This document shows positions 52,864-63,248 of a stretch of 64,000 nucleotides of DNA, in pieces. A program made the translations under genes and the position numbers. Source of the DNA: Ignavibacteriota bacterium (GTDB taxonomy: Bacteria; Bacteroidota; Ignavibacteria; UBA10030); the NCBI GenBank assembly GCA_963701295.1, contig OY969585.1, positions 2,688,001 through 2,752,000 on the forward strand, written 5' to 3'. Position 1 is the stretch's first letter. Every line of letters begins with the position of its first letter. The notes beneath the pieces are model-generated. The model was given only the letters and a program-made list of their open reading frames with translations, ran no database searches and was not told the origin of the DNA.

Positions 52864-54526
52864 TCGAAATCCTTTTCTTTTTTTGCACAACTGCTGCAAT
52901 GAGAATCATCAAAGAAGCTGTAAGGCACAACTGTGCTATAATATCTCCATACTTTACGTAAAACGTCTTTTCTGATCTTAAAAATATATCACTGACGAAC
53001 TGTGTCTTGCTATATAAGCTTGTTGCCACGTGCATAATGCCTGCAGGATCGACAATCATCGAAATGCCGCCATTGGCACACTGAACCACCCAGCGGCGTG
53101 TCTCCACGGCTCTCAGCGATGCAAATGAAGCATGCTGATATGCACCAGAAGTATTCCCCCACCAGCTATCATTTGTAATAATTACCAGAAATTCTGCGCC
53201 GCGCTTCACAAATTCTCTTACATAGTTGGGAAAGGCCGATTCATAACAAATCATTCCGGAAAATTTTGATATACCTCTATTGTTTAGGGGAAGCGTATAT
53301 GTCAATGTATCCTCACCTTTTCCCCAGCTTGATATTCCTACATTCCACTTAAGAGGTTCGATCAGAAATCGAAATGTCTCTGCGTATGGGATACGTTCCG
53401 CAAATGGTACCAGAATGGACTTTTTATGAATAGGTCCCGGCATACACTTTGGTTGGATGAAAATTGCAGAGTTGTATGATTCTGCAAAGATTTCAGTTCC
53501 GCTAATCCTTTGTGCTGTTGCTGGTGCATTCAATGAATCGAAATATTCTATCGTAGGTAATCCGGAAAAAATCGGAAGCTGCAACGTGTCGACTAGTAAT
53601 TGGAGGGTTGAAAGGTATGCTAAATATCTTGGCAGGAGGATGTGAAATGGAATAGCCGTCTCTGGCCAAAGAATAATATCCGGATTGTACCGTGCCAGTT
53701 TCTTTGTTTCTTCGATATAGGTATTGAACTGATAAAAGTAGGAATCCCATTTATTTCTCGAGCCTTCACCCCATTTATCCCACGGATCAAAGTTAGGTTG
53801 AATGACGCCAACACAAACAGTTTTTCCTAATTCAACCGATTCTTTTTTGATGATCCATTTTCCATAGAGAACAGGTCCAAAATAAAGAACCATTAGGAGA
53901 ATCAAGGCAGCGGATACAGACAGCGATCGAAGTTTCCAATTGTTGATTGCCATTTTCCAGAGCAATAAAAAAGCAAAAATATTAAATGCAAATATCAGAA
54001 GTGTCAATCCGTAGATTGATGAATATTCTATTATCTGAATACGATTTAAATCATATGCTTGGCTATTTCCAATGGTAAGCCAAGGAAAAGAGTATTCTCC
54101 AAGTGAATGGAGATATTCAAACGAAGTCCAGAACAAGGCGAACGCAATAAGACCGGAACATAGCCCAAGTCTTTTCCGTATAAAAAATGAGACTAGAATA
54201 AATGGTAGGAAGAGCATCGGATGAATGAATATGACCGCTGCCCCCGCTGTCATCATCCATAGATCTTTTCCGACAGAATATCCGCCAGTCCAATACACTG
54301 TTAGAAGATGGAATACGAGCAGAAACAGATATGAATATTTTACTATCTGATTATACGAGCCAAAGTGTGCAAAAAGATAAAACAGTGGAATAAATGCTAC
54401 GTATGCAAGCGAATAGAATGGCGAAGGAGGAAAAGAAAAACCAAGAAGAAGTCCGGATGTAACCGCAAGACACAATCGAAACAATGTTCTTTCATGAAGA
54501 GGATGTTCTCTCGATGGCATTATCAA
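52850..54526 (-). CDS. lnt: apolipoprotein N-acyltransferase
   Basis: WPET, K..LVPFAE, ICYES, TNDSW. Confidence 0.95.
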   Translation of the reverse strand: MIMPSREHPLHERTLFRLCLAVTSGLLLGFSFPPSPFYSLAYVAFIPLFYLFAHFGSYNQIVKYSYLFLLVFHLLTVYWTGGYSVGKDLWMMTAGAAVIFIHPMLFLPFILVSFFIRKRLGLCSGLIAFALFWTSFEYLHSLGEYSFPWLTIGNSQAYDLNRIQIIEYSSIYGLTLLIFAFNIFAFLLLWKMAINNWKLRSLSVSAALILLMVLYFGPVLYGKWIIKKESVELGKTVCVGVIQPNFDPWDKWGEGSRNKWDSYFYQFNTYIEETKKLARYNPDIILWPETAIPFHILLPRYLAYLSTLQLLVDTLQLPIFSGLPTIEYFDSLNAPATAQRISGTEIFAESYNSAIFIQPKCMPGPIHKKSILVPFAERIPYAETFRFLIEPLKWNVGISSWGKGEDTLTYTLPLNNRGISKFSGMICYESAFPNYVREFVKRGAEFLVIITNDSWWGNTSGAYQHASFASLRAVETRRWVVQCANGGISMIVDPAGIMHVATSLYSKTQFVSDIFLRSEKTFYVKYGDIIAQLCLTASLMILIAAVVQKKKRISNELD

Positions 54527-55110
54527 GAACTTCCTTTCTGTAACTTACGGTGTATCGCCCGATACCAAAGATTTTCTAATCCGAGGAAAACAAGCAACAC
54601 ACAGCCGCTGCATATTAAACCAATCACTCCACCACCAATCACATCGGATGGATAATGCACACCGACGTAGACGCGAGAGAATGCAATGGTTGCTGCAAGT
54701 CCGAAGAACCACCATTTGGCTCGTGGCAGAAAGAACGACAAGATAAGTGCACCTGCAAAGTTATTGACCGCATGAGAAGATGGGAATGAATATCCACTTC
54801 CGCAACTGACAAGAAGATGAATATCATGTAATATATAGCAAGGTCGTTGGCGCAGCAACCAAAACTTGATGAATGAACTATTTATTTTATCGCTTATAAT
54901 GATCGTGACAATAAGCAAAATGGCTGCTAATCGAATTGAACGGTTTCCTCGTATAATCATCCAAAGAAGCAACGTTGCAACTATAACAAGCACGATACGC
55001 TGTTTATTTAAGTCGGTTAGAAATGGCATTACAACATCAAATATCGGATTACTCAATGAACCATTTATGAAATGAAACAACGCAGTGTCAATCGTATTTA
55101 ATTGTTCCAA
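54523..55110 (-). CDS. PAP2 family phosphatase
   Basis: K..RP, SFPSSH, SRVYVGVHYPSDV. Confidence 0.93.
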   Translation of the reverse strand: MEQLNTIDTALFHFINGSLSNPIFDVVMPFLTDLNKQRIVLVIVATLLLWMIIRGNRSIRLAAILLIVTIIISDKINSSFIKFWLLRQRPCYILHDIHLLVSCGSGYSFPSSHAVNNFAGALILSFFLPRAKWWFFGLAATIAFSRVYVGVHYPSDVIGGGVIGLICSGCVLLVFLGLENLWYRAIHRKLQKGSS

Positions 55111-55113
55111 CGG

Positions 55114-55644
55114 TTATTTCCCACTGGCAGTTACAATAGAAACAATTGCAAAAGCAGCACATCCCTCCGCTCTGCCCAATGTGCCGAGTCCTTCGTGCGT
55201 CGTGGCTTTGACAGAGACTTGATGAGGAGAAATATGCAATGCTCTTCCAATTCGCAGGCACATAAGGTCAACATACTTTGCAATTTTAGGGCGTTCGAGT
55301 ATAATGGTAGAATCTATGTTGCCGATTTTATATCCTTGCTTCTGCAGAAAGATAGCAACAGAGCCGAGAAGTTTAATGCTTGAAATATCGCGAAATGCTT
55401 CATCAGTATCAGGGAAATGTTTCCCAATGTCTCCTAAAGCGGCTGCGCCAAGAAGCGCATCGCAGATTGCATGGAGGAGCACATCGGCATCAGAATGTCC
55501 AAGCAGTCCAATCTCCGAAGGTATACGAACTCCACCCAAGATAAGCGTGCGTCCTTCTACAAGGCGATGAACATCGTATCCCAATCCAAATCGGATCAAT
55601 GCTGTTTTTTGTTTTTTTGCGCGTATGTTTTGTTTTGATTTCAT
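55114..55644 (-). CDS. ispF: MECDP synthase
   Basis: GYDVH, HSDAD, GDIG.HFP, KATT.E. Confidence 0.95.
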   Translation of the reverse strand: MKSKQNIRAKKQKTALIRFGLGYDVHRLVEGRTLILGGVRIPSEIGLLGHSDADVLLHAICDALLGAAALGDIGKHFPDTDEAFRDISSIKLLGSVAIFLQKQGYKIGNIDSTIILERPKIAKYVDLMCLRIGRALHISPHQVSVKATTHEGLGTLGRAEGCAAFAIVSIVTASGK

Positions 55645-55917
55645 CTATTGCACATCAAAACCTGAATGTGTTTCAGTGCACTTGATCCATTCTATTTCCA
55701 TATCCGCAACATGCGCGGCACGTGGACCAACTTTTACTTGTTTAATAAACTCTTCAACCAACGAGCGATCACCTTCAGCCTCAATTTCCACATCACCCGA
55801 AAAGAGATTCCTTACATACCCCGTAAGAGTAAGACTTTTTGCCTTATTGTAAACAAAATATCGAAATCCCACGCCCTGTACTAATCCTCTTACTAAAACG
55901 TGAACTCTTACTTTCAT
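55645..55917 (-). CDS. acyP: acylphosphatase
   Basis: G.VQGVGFR, GYVRN. Confidence 0.93.
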   Translation of the reverse strand: MKVRVHVLVRGLVQGVGFRYFVYNKAKSLTLTGYVRNLFSGDVEIEAEGDRSLVEEFIKQVKVGPRAAHVADMEIEWIKCTETHSGFDVQ

Positions 55918-55971
55918 AGTTCTTGCCAAAGTACGAGGATTGCGTTTGAAATGCAATGAAAAGGAGGATTA

Positions 55972-56002
55972 AGAAAAAGGGACGATTCAATGCCGTCCCT
56001 TT
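55972..56002 (-). terminator. intrinsic terminator after the tRNA pair
   Basis: AAAGGGACG/CGTCCCTTT stem with T-tract on the minus strand. Confidence 0.7.
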
Positions 56003-56007
56003 GTTTG

Positions 56008-56091
56008 TGCCCGAAGCGAGACTTGAACTCGCATGCCCTTTCGGGCGCCACCCCCTCAAGATGGTGTGTCTGCCAGTTCCACCATTCGGGC
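56008..56091 (-). tRNA. tRNA-Leu(GAG)
   Basis: GCCCGAA acceptor, CCATC-TT-GAG-GG-GGTGG anticodon arm, long variable arm, GTTCAAGT; no encoded CCA. Confidence 0.95.
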
Positions 56092-56100
56092 AAATGAATG

Positions 56101-56172
56101 TGAGCGTGGGTGGGCTCGAACCACCGACCCTCTGCTTAAAAGGCAGATGCTCTACCCCTGAGCTACACGCTC
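56101..56172 (-). tRNA. tRNA-Lys(TTT)
   Basis: GAGCGTG acceptor, TCTGC-CT-TTT-AA-GCAGA anticodon arm, GTTCGAG; no encoded CCA. Confidence 0.95.
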
Positions 56173-56231
56173 GCACATTTTCAAAACCTACTCGCAACAC
56201 ACGAGCATGTTCTGTTTCATTCAACAATTAC

Positions 56232-56260
56232 AATATACCAAACAGAGCGCCAAAATTCAA
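56232..56260 (-). promoter_or_regulatory. tRNA promoter
   Basis: TTGAAT-N17-TATATT. Confidence 0.55.
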
Positions 56261-56302
56261 TGTGAATTTTCTGGCCGCTGTTCCAGAGGTTGTGTTGTTC
56301 CT

Positions 56303-56548
56303 TCAGGTACTAGTACGTCTGCGAAAAAGAATCCCAATCGGAATCAAGACACAGTACCCGAGTACTAACAGAATTGGCGCAACGACGAGCGGCATCGTTC
56401 CATTCCACGGTTCTTGTGCGAGAGCGATATACCCAAGAAGGATGCATAAGAGGCCGCCACCAAGAATTTGATAGTTCGATTTGGTGAATGGAAGTGCTGC
56501 AACGAAAGTTTTTTGTTTGGTTGCGATGCGTTTTTCTATTCGAGCCAT
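56303..56548 (-). CDS. DUF3098 small membrane protein
   Basis: F.K.NY, two TM segments, VAPILLVLGY. Confidence 0.82.
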   Translation of the reverse strand: MARIEKRIATKQKTFVAALPFTKSNYQILGGGLLCILLGYIALAQEPWNGTMPLVVAPILLVLGYCVLIPIGILFRRRTST

Positions 56549-56569
56549 TTTCTCTCCAATTTATAGTAT

Positions 56570-56653
56570 AAAAAAAAGCCCGACATCGGGGGGAACGTCG
56601 GGCCTGACCGTTTGTTGAGCAATAGTCAGGGGAGTTACTATTGCTCGGGTCTA
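56570..56653 (-). ncRNA. candidate ~80-nt sRNA or attenuator with two C-rich-loop hairpins
   Basis: TTGACA-N16-TAAATT promoter (56660-56687); two 10-bp stems with loops AACUCCCCUG and CCCCCC; U8 tail. Confidence 0.55.
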
Positions 56654-56704
56654 ATGAGTAATTTACGGCATTTCTTTTCAATGTCAAGTCCTGTGAAAAA
56701 AAAA

Positions 56705-57403
56705 TTATCTTGCAACACTGAGTTTTCCTTCGGAAAGTTTGAGAACACGATTAGCACGACGTGTCAGGTCAATATTGTGCGTTGCTACAACAAAGGTCAT
56801 TCCAAATGATTCAGAGAGATGCACCAATAATCGATGCAAACTCAATCCGTTTTCTTCATCAAGATTTCCCGATGGCTCATCTGCAAGAACAAGCTGGGGG
56901 TTATTCATAAGCGCTCGTGCTACGGCGACACGCTGTTGTTCACCGCCTGAGAGTTCATTCGGCTTATGATGAAGGCGATCTGAAAGTCCAACTTGTTCTA
57001 ATAATATTTGTCCGCGTGGTGTTGCTTCTTTAATGGTTTTTCCGGCGATGAAGGCAGGCATACAAACGTTTTCCAGAGCATTAAATTCCGGAAGAAGATG
57101 ATGAAATTGGAAAATGAATCCTAATGATCGATTGCGGAAAATCGCCAATTGTTCTTCTGTTTGCGCGAATACGTTCTGTTCCCCAAGCTTTATGATGCCG
57201 TCGGTTGGTCGATCGAGTCCGCCTAATAAATGAAGCAATGTGCTTTTTCCCGATCCCGAGGGTCCGACAATCACGACAAACTCTCCTTGTCGTATTTCGA
57301 TATCAACACCTTTAAGAACCTGAAGAGCTTGGTTCTTCCCCATTGGATATTCTTTCCATATATTTTCTCCAGTCAGGAGAATAGCGCGACGTGTCATTCC
57401 CAT
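56705..57403 (-). CDS. lolD: lipoprotein-releasing ABC ATPase
   Basis: [33 protein letters not shown]. Confidence 0.9.
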   Translation of the reverse strand: MGMTRRAILLTGENIWKEYPMGKNQALQVLKGVDIEIRQGEFVVIVGPSGSGKSTLLHLLGGLDRPTDGIIKLGEQNVFAQTEEQLAIFRNRSLGFIFQFHHLLPEFNALENVCMPAFIAGKTIKEATPRGQILLEQVGLSDRLHHKPNELSGGEQQRVAVARALMNNPQLVLADEPSGNLDEENGLSLHRLLVHLSESFGMTFVVATHNIDLTRRANRVLKLSEGKLSVAR

Positions 57404-58620
57404 CGTATGGCTTCCACAGGATCGAGAGAAGCCGCCCGTTTAGCCGGGAGGCGTGAAGCGAGCGAACATAATCCAAGTGCGGCGATGGCAACAACCACGA
57501 TATCAACTATATGCACTTCAACTGGCATTGCAGGGATAATATAGATCGTGGTATCCAGCGCAACTAAATGGTACCGTTCTTGAAGATACACAATAAGCAA
57601 TCCAAGTACAGAACCGACTATAGTTCCGACAATACCCACATAAAAACCTTGCAGACTGAAAATCTTTTTTATGCTTTCAGTGGTAGCACCCATCGATTTG
57701 AGGATACCGATATCACGTCGTTTCTCAATGACGGTCATTGTCAAAGAACTCAGAAGATTAAATGATGCGACTGCAATAATGAGACAGAGGACGATGTACG
57801 CACACCAACGTTCGATCTGCATGACGGTATACAATTCACGATGCAAGTCGTACCAAGTCAAATACCGAAAAGCGGTTCCATATTTCTTCTGGAGTTCATT
57901 CCGAAAACTTTCTGCCTTATCAACGTGATCAAATCGGATATCAACCCCATCGATTTGGCCTGTCCGACCAAAGAGCGATTGAGCATCTATTAAGTTCGTA
58001 AAGGCAAAATAACCATCGTACTCTTTATTGTTCGATTCATAAATTCCTACGATACGAAAACGCCTGATGAGCGGCAATCCAAGTTGCATGGCTGCCAATT
58101 CAGCACCCGATGGGCTAACTACAGAAATCGTATCACCAACAACTACACCTAATCTGTCTGCAAGAATTAATCCGAGAACAATTCCATTTCTTCGATCTTC
58201 TCTCAAATCGATTGAACCGAGAACAATTTTATCCGATAATCCAGAGACCAGAGGAATACTTTTGGCTTCAAGCCCTCTGATATTAACAACTCGATTGATA
58301 TTTCGAGAAACGATGAGAGCTTTGCCGCCAACGAATGGTGAGCATCCTTTGACTTCTGGCCTGTGAGAAAGATCGTCAAGAATTGATTGATAACCGACCG
58401 AATCTATGTGTGTTATGCTTTCGATACGAAGGTGTGGGTCGAAGTCGATGAGAATAGAAGAAACCAGGCTCCCAAATCCATTGAATACAGATAGTACCAC
58501 AATAAGAGCAGCGACACCAATAGTAACACCGGTAACAGAAATGGCTGAGATGATCGAGACAAACTTCACGCTCTTCTTACTCAATAAATATCGAAGTGCT
58601 ATGTAACGTTCGTATCTCAT
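57394..58620 (-). CDS. LolC/LolE-type ABC permease
   Basis: IALRYL, SVFNGF, EKRRDIGILKSMG; ATG 58620 overlaps the upstream stop. Confidence 0.9.
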   Translation of the reverse strand: MRYERYIALRYLLSKKSVKFVSIISAISVTGVTIGVAALIVVLSVFNGFGSLVSSILIDFDPHLRIESITHIDSVGYQSILDDLSHRPEVKGCSPFVGGKALIVSRNINRVVNIRGLEAKSIPLVSGLSDKIVLGSIDLREDRRNGIVLGLILADRLGVVVGDTISVVSPSGAELAAMQLGLPLIRRFRIVGIYESNNKEYDGYFAFTNLIDAQSLFGRTGQIDGVDIRFDHVDKAESFRNELQKKYGTAFRYLTWYDLHRELYTVMQIERWCAYIVLCLIIAVASFNLLSSLTMTVIEKRRDIGILKSMGATTESIKKIFSLQGFYVGIVGTIVGSVLGLLIVYLQERYHLVALDTTIYIIPAMPVEVHIVDIVVVAIAALGLCSLASRLPAKRAASLDPVEAIRWE

Positions 58621-59861
58621 GATGCAAAGCGAATAAGTTTGATCGGATCCATCTTCGCTGAAAGTCTTGAAGGTATCCACGACGCAATGAAACTCATACC
58701 AAGTGCGGCTATAGTCACGCTGAGGAAATTGAGGATGGTAAGATCAATTGGTACGTGAGTCATGAAATAAATTCCGGAGGGAAGCAGAAAGAATCGATAA
58801 TGTAACTCTAACCAACAAAGAAGCAGAGCAATCAGGTTCCCTAATACTGTTCCAACAATTCCGATAAGCATTCCTTGCTTGAGAAATACGCTCACAATAT
58901 CTTTCCGTCCCATTCCTATCGTGATCAACGTACCAATCTCCCTTGACTTTCCAAGAATCAGCATCAAGAGTGTTCCAAGAATATTTACTGTTGCTACGAT
59001 GATGATGAGCGCCAAAATGATCATCACTGGAATTCTTTGGAGATCGACCCAAGCAAAAAGATTTCTATACTGCTGAAACATTGTTCTTGCATAATAAGGA
59101 TATCCAAGGTATTCCGGAATTTGCTGTGCGAGTGCTGTAACACTGTCAATGTTTGAAACCAAGATATCAAACCCAGAAACAATATTTCCCACTTGAAACA
59201 ATCTTTGCGCATTTCTTAGATTGATATAAATGACACTTCCATCGTAATCTGCCATCCCTGTTTCATAAATGCCGCTAATTTCAAATTGCATGATCCGAGT
59301 TTGCGAGAGCGAAAGAGTTGTTCCGCCAAGGGCGTACATCAGAACACGATCATGAAGTTGGACATTCAATTTTTCTACTAATCGTTTTCCAAGAATGACC
59401 TGTTGAACACCTGATTTTCGTTCCTCAAGATCATATGTACCTTCAATAAGTCTGTGTTTTGCAGCTGAAATATCATTGTTCGGATCAACTCCTTTGATAA
59501 GAATACCGTCGATATCATTTTTTGATCGAATCATACCTTCGCGAGAAAGATAGGGAGCCATTTCAAGCACTTCAGGATATTGAGCAATAACTTTTTGAAT
59601 TGTTCGTTCCTGATCAGGCAGTAAATCGTTCTCAAAAGCGAACAATTGCATATGAGCGGTGAAACTCACAACATTTTCTTTGATGGTTTTTTCAAATCCA
59701 CTGAGAATAGAAAGTGTGATGTCTAAACTCGCAACACCTAATGTAACACCGATGATCGCAATAAACGTAATGAAAGAAACAAACCCTTTGTTGTGTCTTG
59801 ATGTAAGGTGCCGGACGGCGATAAAGTCCGTCACATTGAACTTTTTCAATCTTAGCTGCAC
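58617..59861 (-). CDS. LolC/LolE-type ABC permease
   Basis: FIA.RHL, GF, SGIYETG, REIGTL..IG. Confidence 0.9.
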   Translation of the reverse strand: MQLRLKKFNVTDFIAVRHLTSRHNKGFVSFITFIAIIGVTLGVASLDITLSILSGFEKTIKENVVSFTAHMQLFAFENDLLPDQERTIQKVIAQYPEVLEMAPYLSREGMIRSKNDIDGILIKGVDPNNDISAAKHRLIEGTYDLEERKSGVQQVILGKRLVEKLNVQLHDRVLMYALGGTTLSLSQTRIMQFEISGIYETGMADYDGSVIYINLRNAQRLFQVGNIVSGFDILVSNIDSVTALAQQIPEYLGYPYYARTMFQQYRNLFAWVDLQRIPVMIILALIIIVATVNILGTLLMLILGKSREIGTLITIGMGRKDIVSVFLKQGMLIGIVGTVLGNLIALLLCWLELHYRFFLLPSGIYFMTHVPIDLTILNFLSVTIAALGMSFIASWIPSRLSAKMDPIKLIRFAS

Positions 59862-59878
59862 ATGAATTCCATTGATCT

Positions 59879-60983
59879 TTACTTTGAAGAATATTCGAGT
59901 AGATAACTTTTTATAAATTCATCGATCGCGCCGTCCATCACTGCCTGCACATCCCCTTTTTCTGTTCCAGTGCGGTGATCCTTGACAAGTTGGTACGGTT
60001 GAAAGGTATATGAACGAATCTGGCTTCCCCATTCAATTCTTTTCTTGGTGCTCTCAATCGCGCTCAGCCGGGCTTCTTCTTCTTCACGTCGTTTTTGATA
60101 CAGTCGGGATTTCAGCATCTTCATTGCACGTTCTCGATTTTGGAATTGGGACCTCTCCTGCTGACATGCTACTACTATTCCTGTTGGAGTATGTGTAATG
60201 CGGACTGCAGTTTCGACCTTGTTCACATTCTGTCCACCTTTGCCGCCTGAGCGGTACGTGTCAATCTTCAGGTCTACAGGATTGATTTCAATCTCGACAT
60301 CATCTTCTACTTCCGGATACACATAGACCGAGGAAAATGAAGTATGTCTTCGAGCATTTGAATCAAAAGGAGAGATACGAACGAGCCGATGCACACCGCT
60401 TTCCGCTTTTAGATACCCGTAGGCATATTTGCCTACAATTTCAATGGTGACACTCTTAATTCCGGCGCCTTCACCTTCAAGCATGTCTGCCAGAAATACT
60501 TTTAATCCATGACGTTCGCACCAGCGAGAATACATGCGCAATAACATTTCAGCCCAGTCTTGCGCCTCTGTGCCACCAGCTCCTGAGTGAATCGTTAAAA
60601 TCGCATTCTTCTCATCATCTGGACCACTCAACATATTTTTCAGTTCGAGGTTTTCAATCTCATTGCGAAGTATTTCGATATCACGCTCAACCTCTTTCTC
60701 GAAACTCACTTCTTGTGCTTCCTCTGCCATCTCGATTAGCAACTTTGTATCGCAGTACAATACATCGAGTGAATTCCATGCATCACTCCATTCTCTTCGT
60801 CCGTTGATTTGTTGAATGATCTTCTGCGCTGCTACGTTATCATTCCAAAATCCATCTATGGTTGTCCGTGCCTGAAATTCCTTGAGTTCTTTTTCCTTTG
60901 TATCGAGGTCAAAGATACCCCCGAAGTGCGTCGATGCGTTTCCGCTGCTCTTCTAATTGTATTCGTAAATCAGAAAAACTCAA
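59879..60983 (-). CDS. prfB: peptide chain release factor 2 (programmed +1 frameshift)
   Basis: AAGGAGG RBS, TTG start, GGGGGTAT-CTT-TGA-C slip site at 60908-60914; SPF and GGQ motifs. Confidence 0.96.
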
Positions 60984-61046
60984 TGATCCTCCTTAGTAAT
61001 TGCCTGTATGCTGAAAATCGGAATACATCTTTCTTCTTTCAATACT

Positions 61047-62813
61047 CTATTTAATTTTGATATGTAGCTCATCCAATTGCTTCACGTCCACTGTTGAAGG
61101 GGCATCATCCATTAATGACATACCGCTCGCTGTTTTCGGGAAAGCAATAACTTCACGAATAGATTTACTCCCGGTCATTAACATAATAATACGATCAAAT
61201 CCGAATGCAATGCCCCCATGCGGTGGTGCCCCGTATTTAAATGCATCAAGCAGGAACCCAAATTTCCGCTGAGCCTCTTCTGTACCAATGCCCATAAGGC
61301 TGAACATCTTGCTTTGCACCTCTTGTGTATGATTGCGGATGCTGCCGCCTGCGATTTCGTTTCCGTTGAGAACCAAATCGTATGCCCGCGCTCGCGCCTT
61401 ATCCGGATCAGTTTCCAGCAGCGGCATATCTTCCGATTTTGGTGCTGTAAAAGGATGGTGGACTGCAACGAACCGCTTTTCTTCTGCACTGAACTCCAAC
61501 AAAGGGAAATCTGTTACCCAAAGGAAATTCCATTTTTTTTCCTGAATGAGATTGAGGCGCTGTGCCATCTCAAGGCGTAAAGTTCCGAGTATTGTTAATG
61601 CTTTTTGCCAGGCGCCAGAGATCAAGAGAATAAGATCTCCCGGTTTCGACTCGAACTTTTTGGCAATTGCAATGGATTCATCTTCTGAAATAAATTTACT
61701 GGCAGAACATTCTATCTTATCAGTATTCACTCGAAGATAGACCAGTCCACCGGCACCAAGAGACTTCACATAATCCGTTAAGATATCAAGTTGGCTTCTT
61801 GTGTATGAGGCAAGGCCAGAGACATTGATCCCTGCGACAATTCCCTTCTTTTTGATTACATCGCTGAAAACTCGAAATCCCGAGTGTTGCGCGATTTCCG
61901 AACAGTTTCTAATTTCCAAACCAAAGCGTGTATCTGGTTTATCACTGCCAAAGCGTTCCATCGCTTCCTTGTAGGTTATTTTTGGAAACGGCTGCTGAAC
62001 AGCAATATTCAAGATCGTCTTGAAAATATCTACGATTGCTCCTTCCGTTATCTGTTGAATATCCTCTTCATCCACAAATGACATTTCAACATCGATTTGC
62101 GTAAACTCTGGCTGTCTGTCGGCACGTAGATCTTCATCTCGGAAACATTTTACAATTTGAAAATAGCGGTCAAATCCCGATACCATAAGGATCTGCTTGT
62201 ACGTTTGTGGTGATTGCGGTAACGCATAAAATTTTCCGTGATGCAATCGGCTTGGAACAAGAAAGTCACGTGCACCTTCCGGTGTGCTCTTCATCAGAAT
62301 TGGTGTTTCAATTTCTAAGAATCCTTTCTGGTCGAAGTATTGTCTTGTTACTTGATATGCACGATGCCGCACAATGAGATTATTCTGTGCTGATGGGCGG
62401 CGTAAATCAAGGTACCGATATTTCAGACGCAGGTCTTCATTGACATCTCCATAGTCATCCATGGGAAATGGCGGTGTTTCCGATTTATTGAGAATTGTTA
62501 GTTCATGAATATCAACTTCGATTTCTCCTGTCGTTATTTCTGGATTGACCGTTTCTTCTGGTCGCGTTCTCACAACACCCGTAGCAGACAGTACATATTC
62601 TGACCGCAACGACTTTGCAATTTCATGTGCGCCTTCGTGTCGTTCCGGTGAAAATACAATCTGTGTCTTCCCATATCGATCGCGCAGATCGATGAATATC
62701 AATCCTCCAAGATCTCGACGCTTATCCACCCATCCAGTAAGTGTTATGGTCTTTCCGACATGATTCTTTCGTAATTCTCCGCATGTAGCCGTTCTTTTTT
62801 TGAATGTACTCAA
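61047..62813 (-). CDS. aspS: aspartyl-tRNA synthetase (likely TTG start at 62813)
   Basis: RRDLGG, LPQSPQ, FRDEDLRADRQPEF, GAPPHGG. Confidence 0.95.
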   Translation of the reverse strand: MSTFKKRTATCGELRKNHVGKTITLTGWVDKRRDLGGLIFIDLRDRYGKTQIVFSPERHEGAHEIAKSLRSEYVLSATGVVRTRPEETVNPEITTGEIEVDIHELTILNKSETPPFPMDDYGDVNEDLRLKYRYLDLRRPSAQNNLIVRHRAYQVTRQYFDQKGFLEIETPILMKSTPEGARDFLVPSRLHHGKFYALPQSPQTYKQILMVSGFDRYFQIVKCFRDEDLRADRQPEFTQIDVEMSFVDEEDIQQITEGAIVDIFKTILNIAVQQPFPKITYKEAMERFGSDKPDTRFGLEIRNCSEIAQHSGFRVFSDVIKKKGIVAGINVSGLASYTRSQLDILTDYVKSLGAGGLVYLRVNTDKIECSASKFISEDESIAIAKKFESKPGDLILLISGAWQKALTILGTLRLEMAQRLNLIQEKKWNFLWVTDFPLLEFSAEEKRFVAVHHPFTAPKSEDMPLLETDPDKARARAYDLVLNGNEIAGGSIRNHTQEVQSKMFSLMGIGTEEAQRKFGFLLDAFKYGAPPHGGIAFGFDRIIMLMTGSKSIREVIAFPKTASGMSLMDDAPSTVDVKQLDELHIKIK

Positions 62814-62842
62814 GCCCGTCCTCTTCTTTCGCCGATTTATAA

Positions 62843-62886
62843 AAATAAAAAAGCGAGAATTATCGCTGATGTGCAACGTTCTCGCC
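62843..62886 (-). terminator. terminator-like hairpin between trxA and aspS
   Basis: GCGAGAA/TTCTCGC stem followed by T-rich run on the minus strand. Confidence 0.5.
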
Positions 62887-62904
62887 CATATCACTTCTCT
62901 TGCT

Positions 62905-63228
62905 TCAATTTAGATGTTTCGATAATTTCTCCAGCAATGTTTTCTTGGGTGCCGCACCAACAATTTGCTCTACCACTTTTCCGCCTTTGAATAAAAGAAG
63001 TGTCGGAATACTGCGAATACCGTATTGCATAGCGATCTTTTGATTATTATCCACATCCACTTTGCCGATTTTCAACTTGCTTTCGTATTCAGTTGCGAGT
63101 TCTTCGACAATTGGTGCTATCATTTTGCAGGGTCCGCACCATGCTGCCCAAAAATCGACGAGCACTGGCATAGTTTCTTTTAATACTTCCTGTTCAAAAG
63201 ATTCCTCTGTCAATTCCAATAGTTTCAT
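62905..63228 (-). CDS. trxA: thioredoxin
   Basis: WCGPC, IPT. Confidence 0.97.
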   Translation of the reverse strand: MKLLELTEESFEQEVLKETMPVLVDFWAAWCGPCKMIAPIVEELATEYESKLKIGKVDVDNNQKIAMQYGIRSIPTLLLFKGGKVVEQIVGAAPKKTLLEKLSKHLN

Positions 63229-63248
63229 ATAATCTCTTCCTTCTCTTC

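Noticed and set aside
55844-56471. ORFs spanning the tRNA genes
   Set aside because: Translations of tRNA sequence; likewise 22227..22763 over tmRNA
56570-56653. SRP RNA (ffs)
   Set aside because: No helix-8 motif with GNRA tetraloop on either strand; folds as two hairpins with a terminator
62814-62900. T-box leader upstream of aspS
   Set aside because: Too short and lacks the GGTGGNACCGCG T-box; a simple terminator-like hairpin
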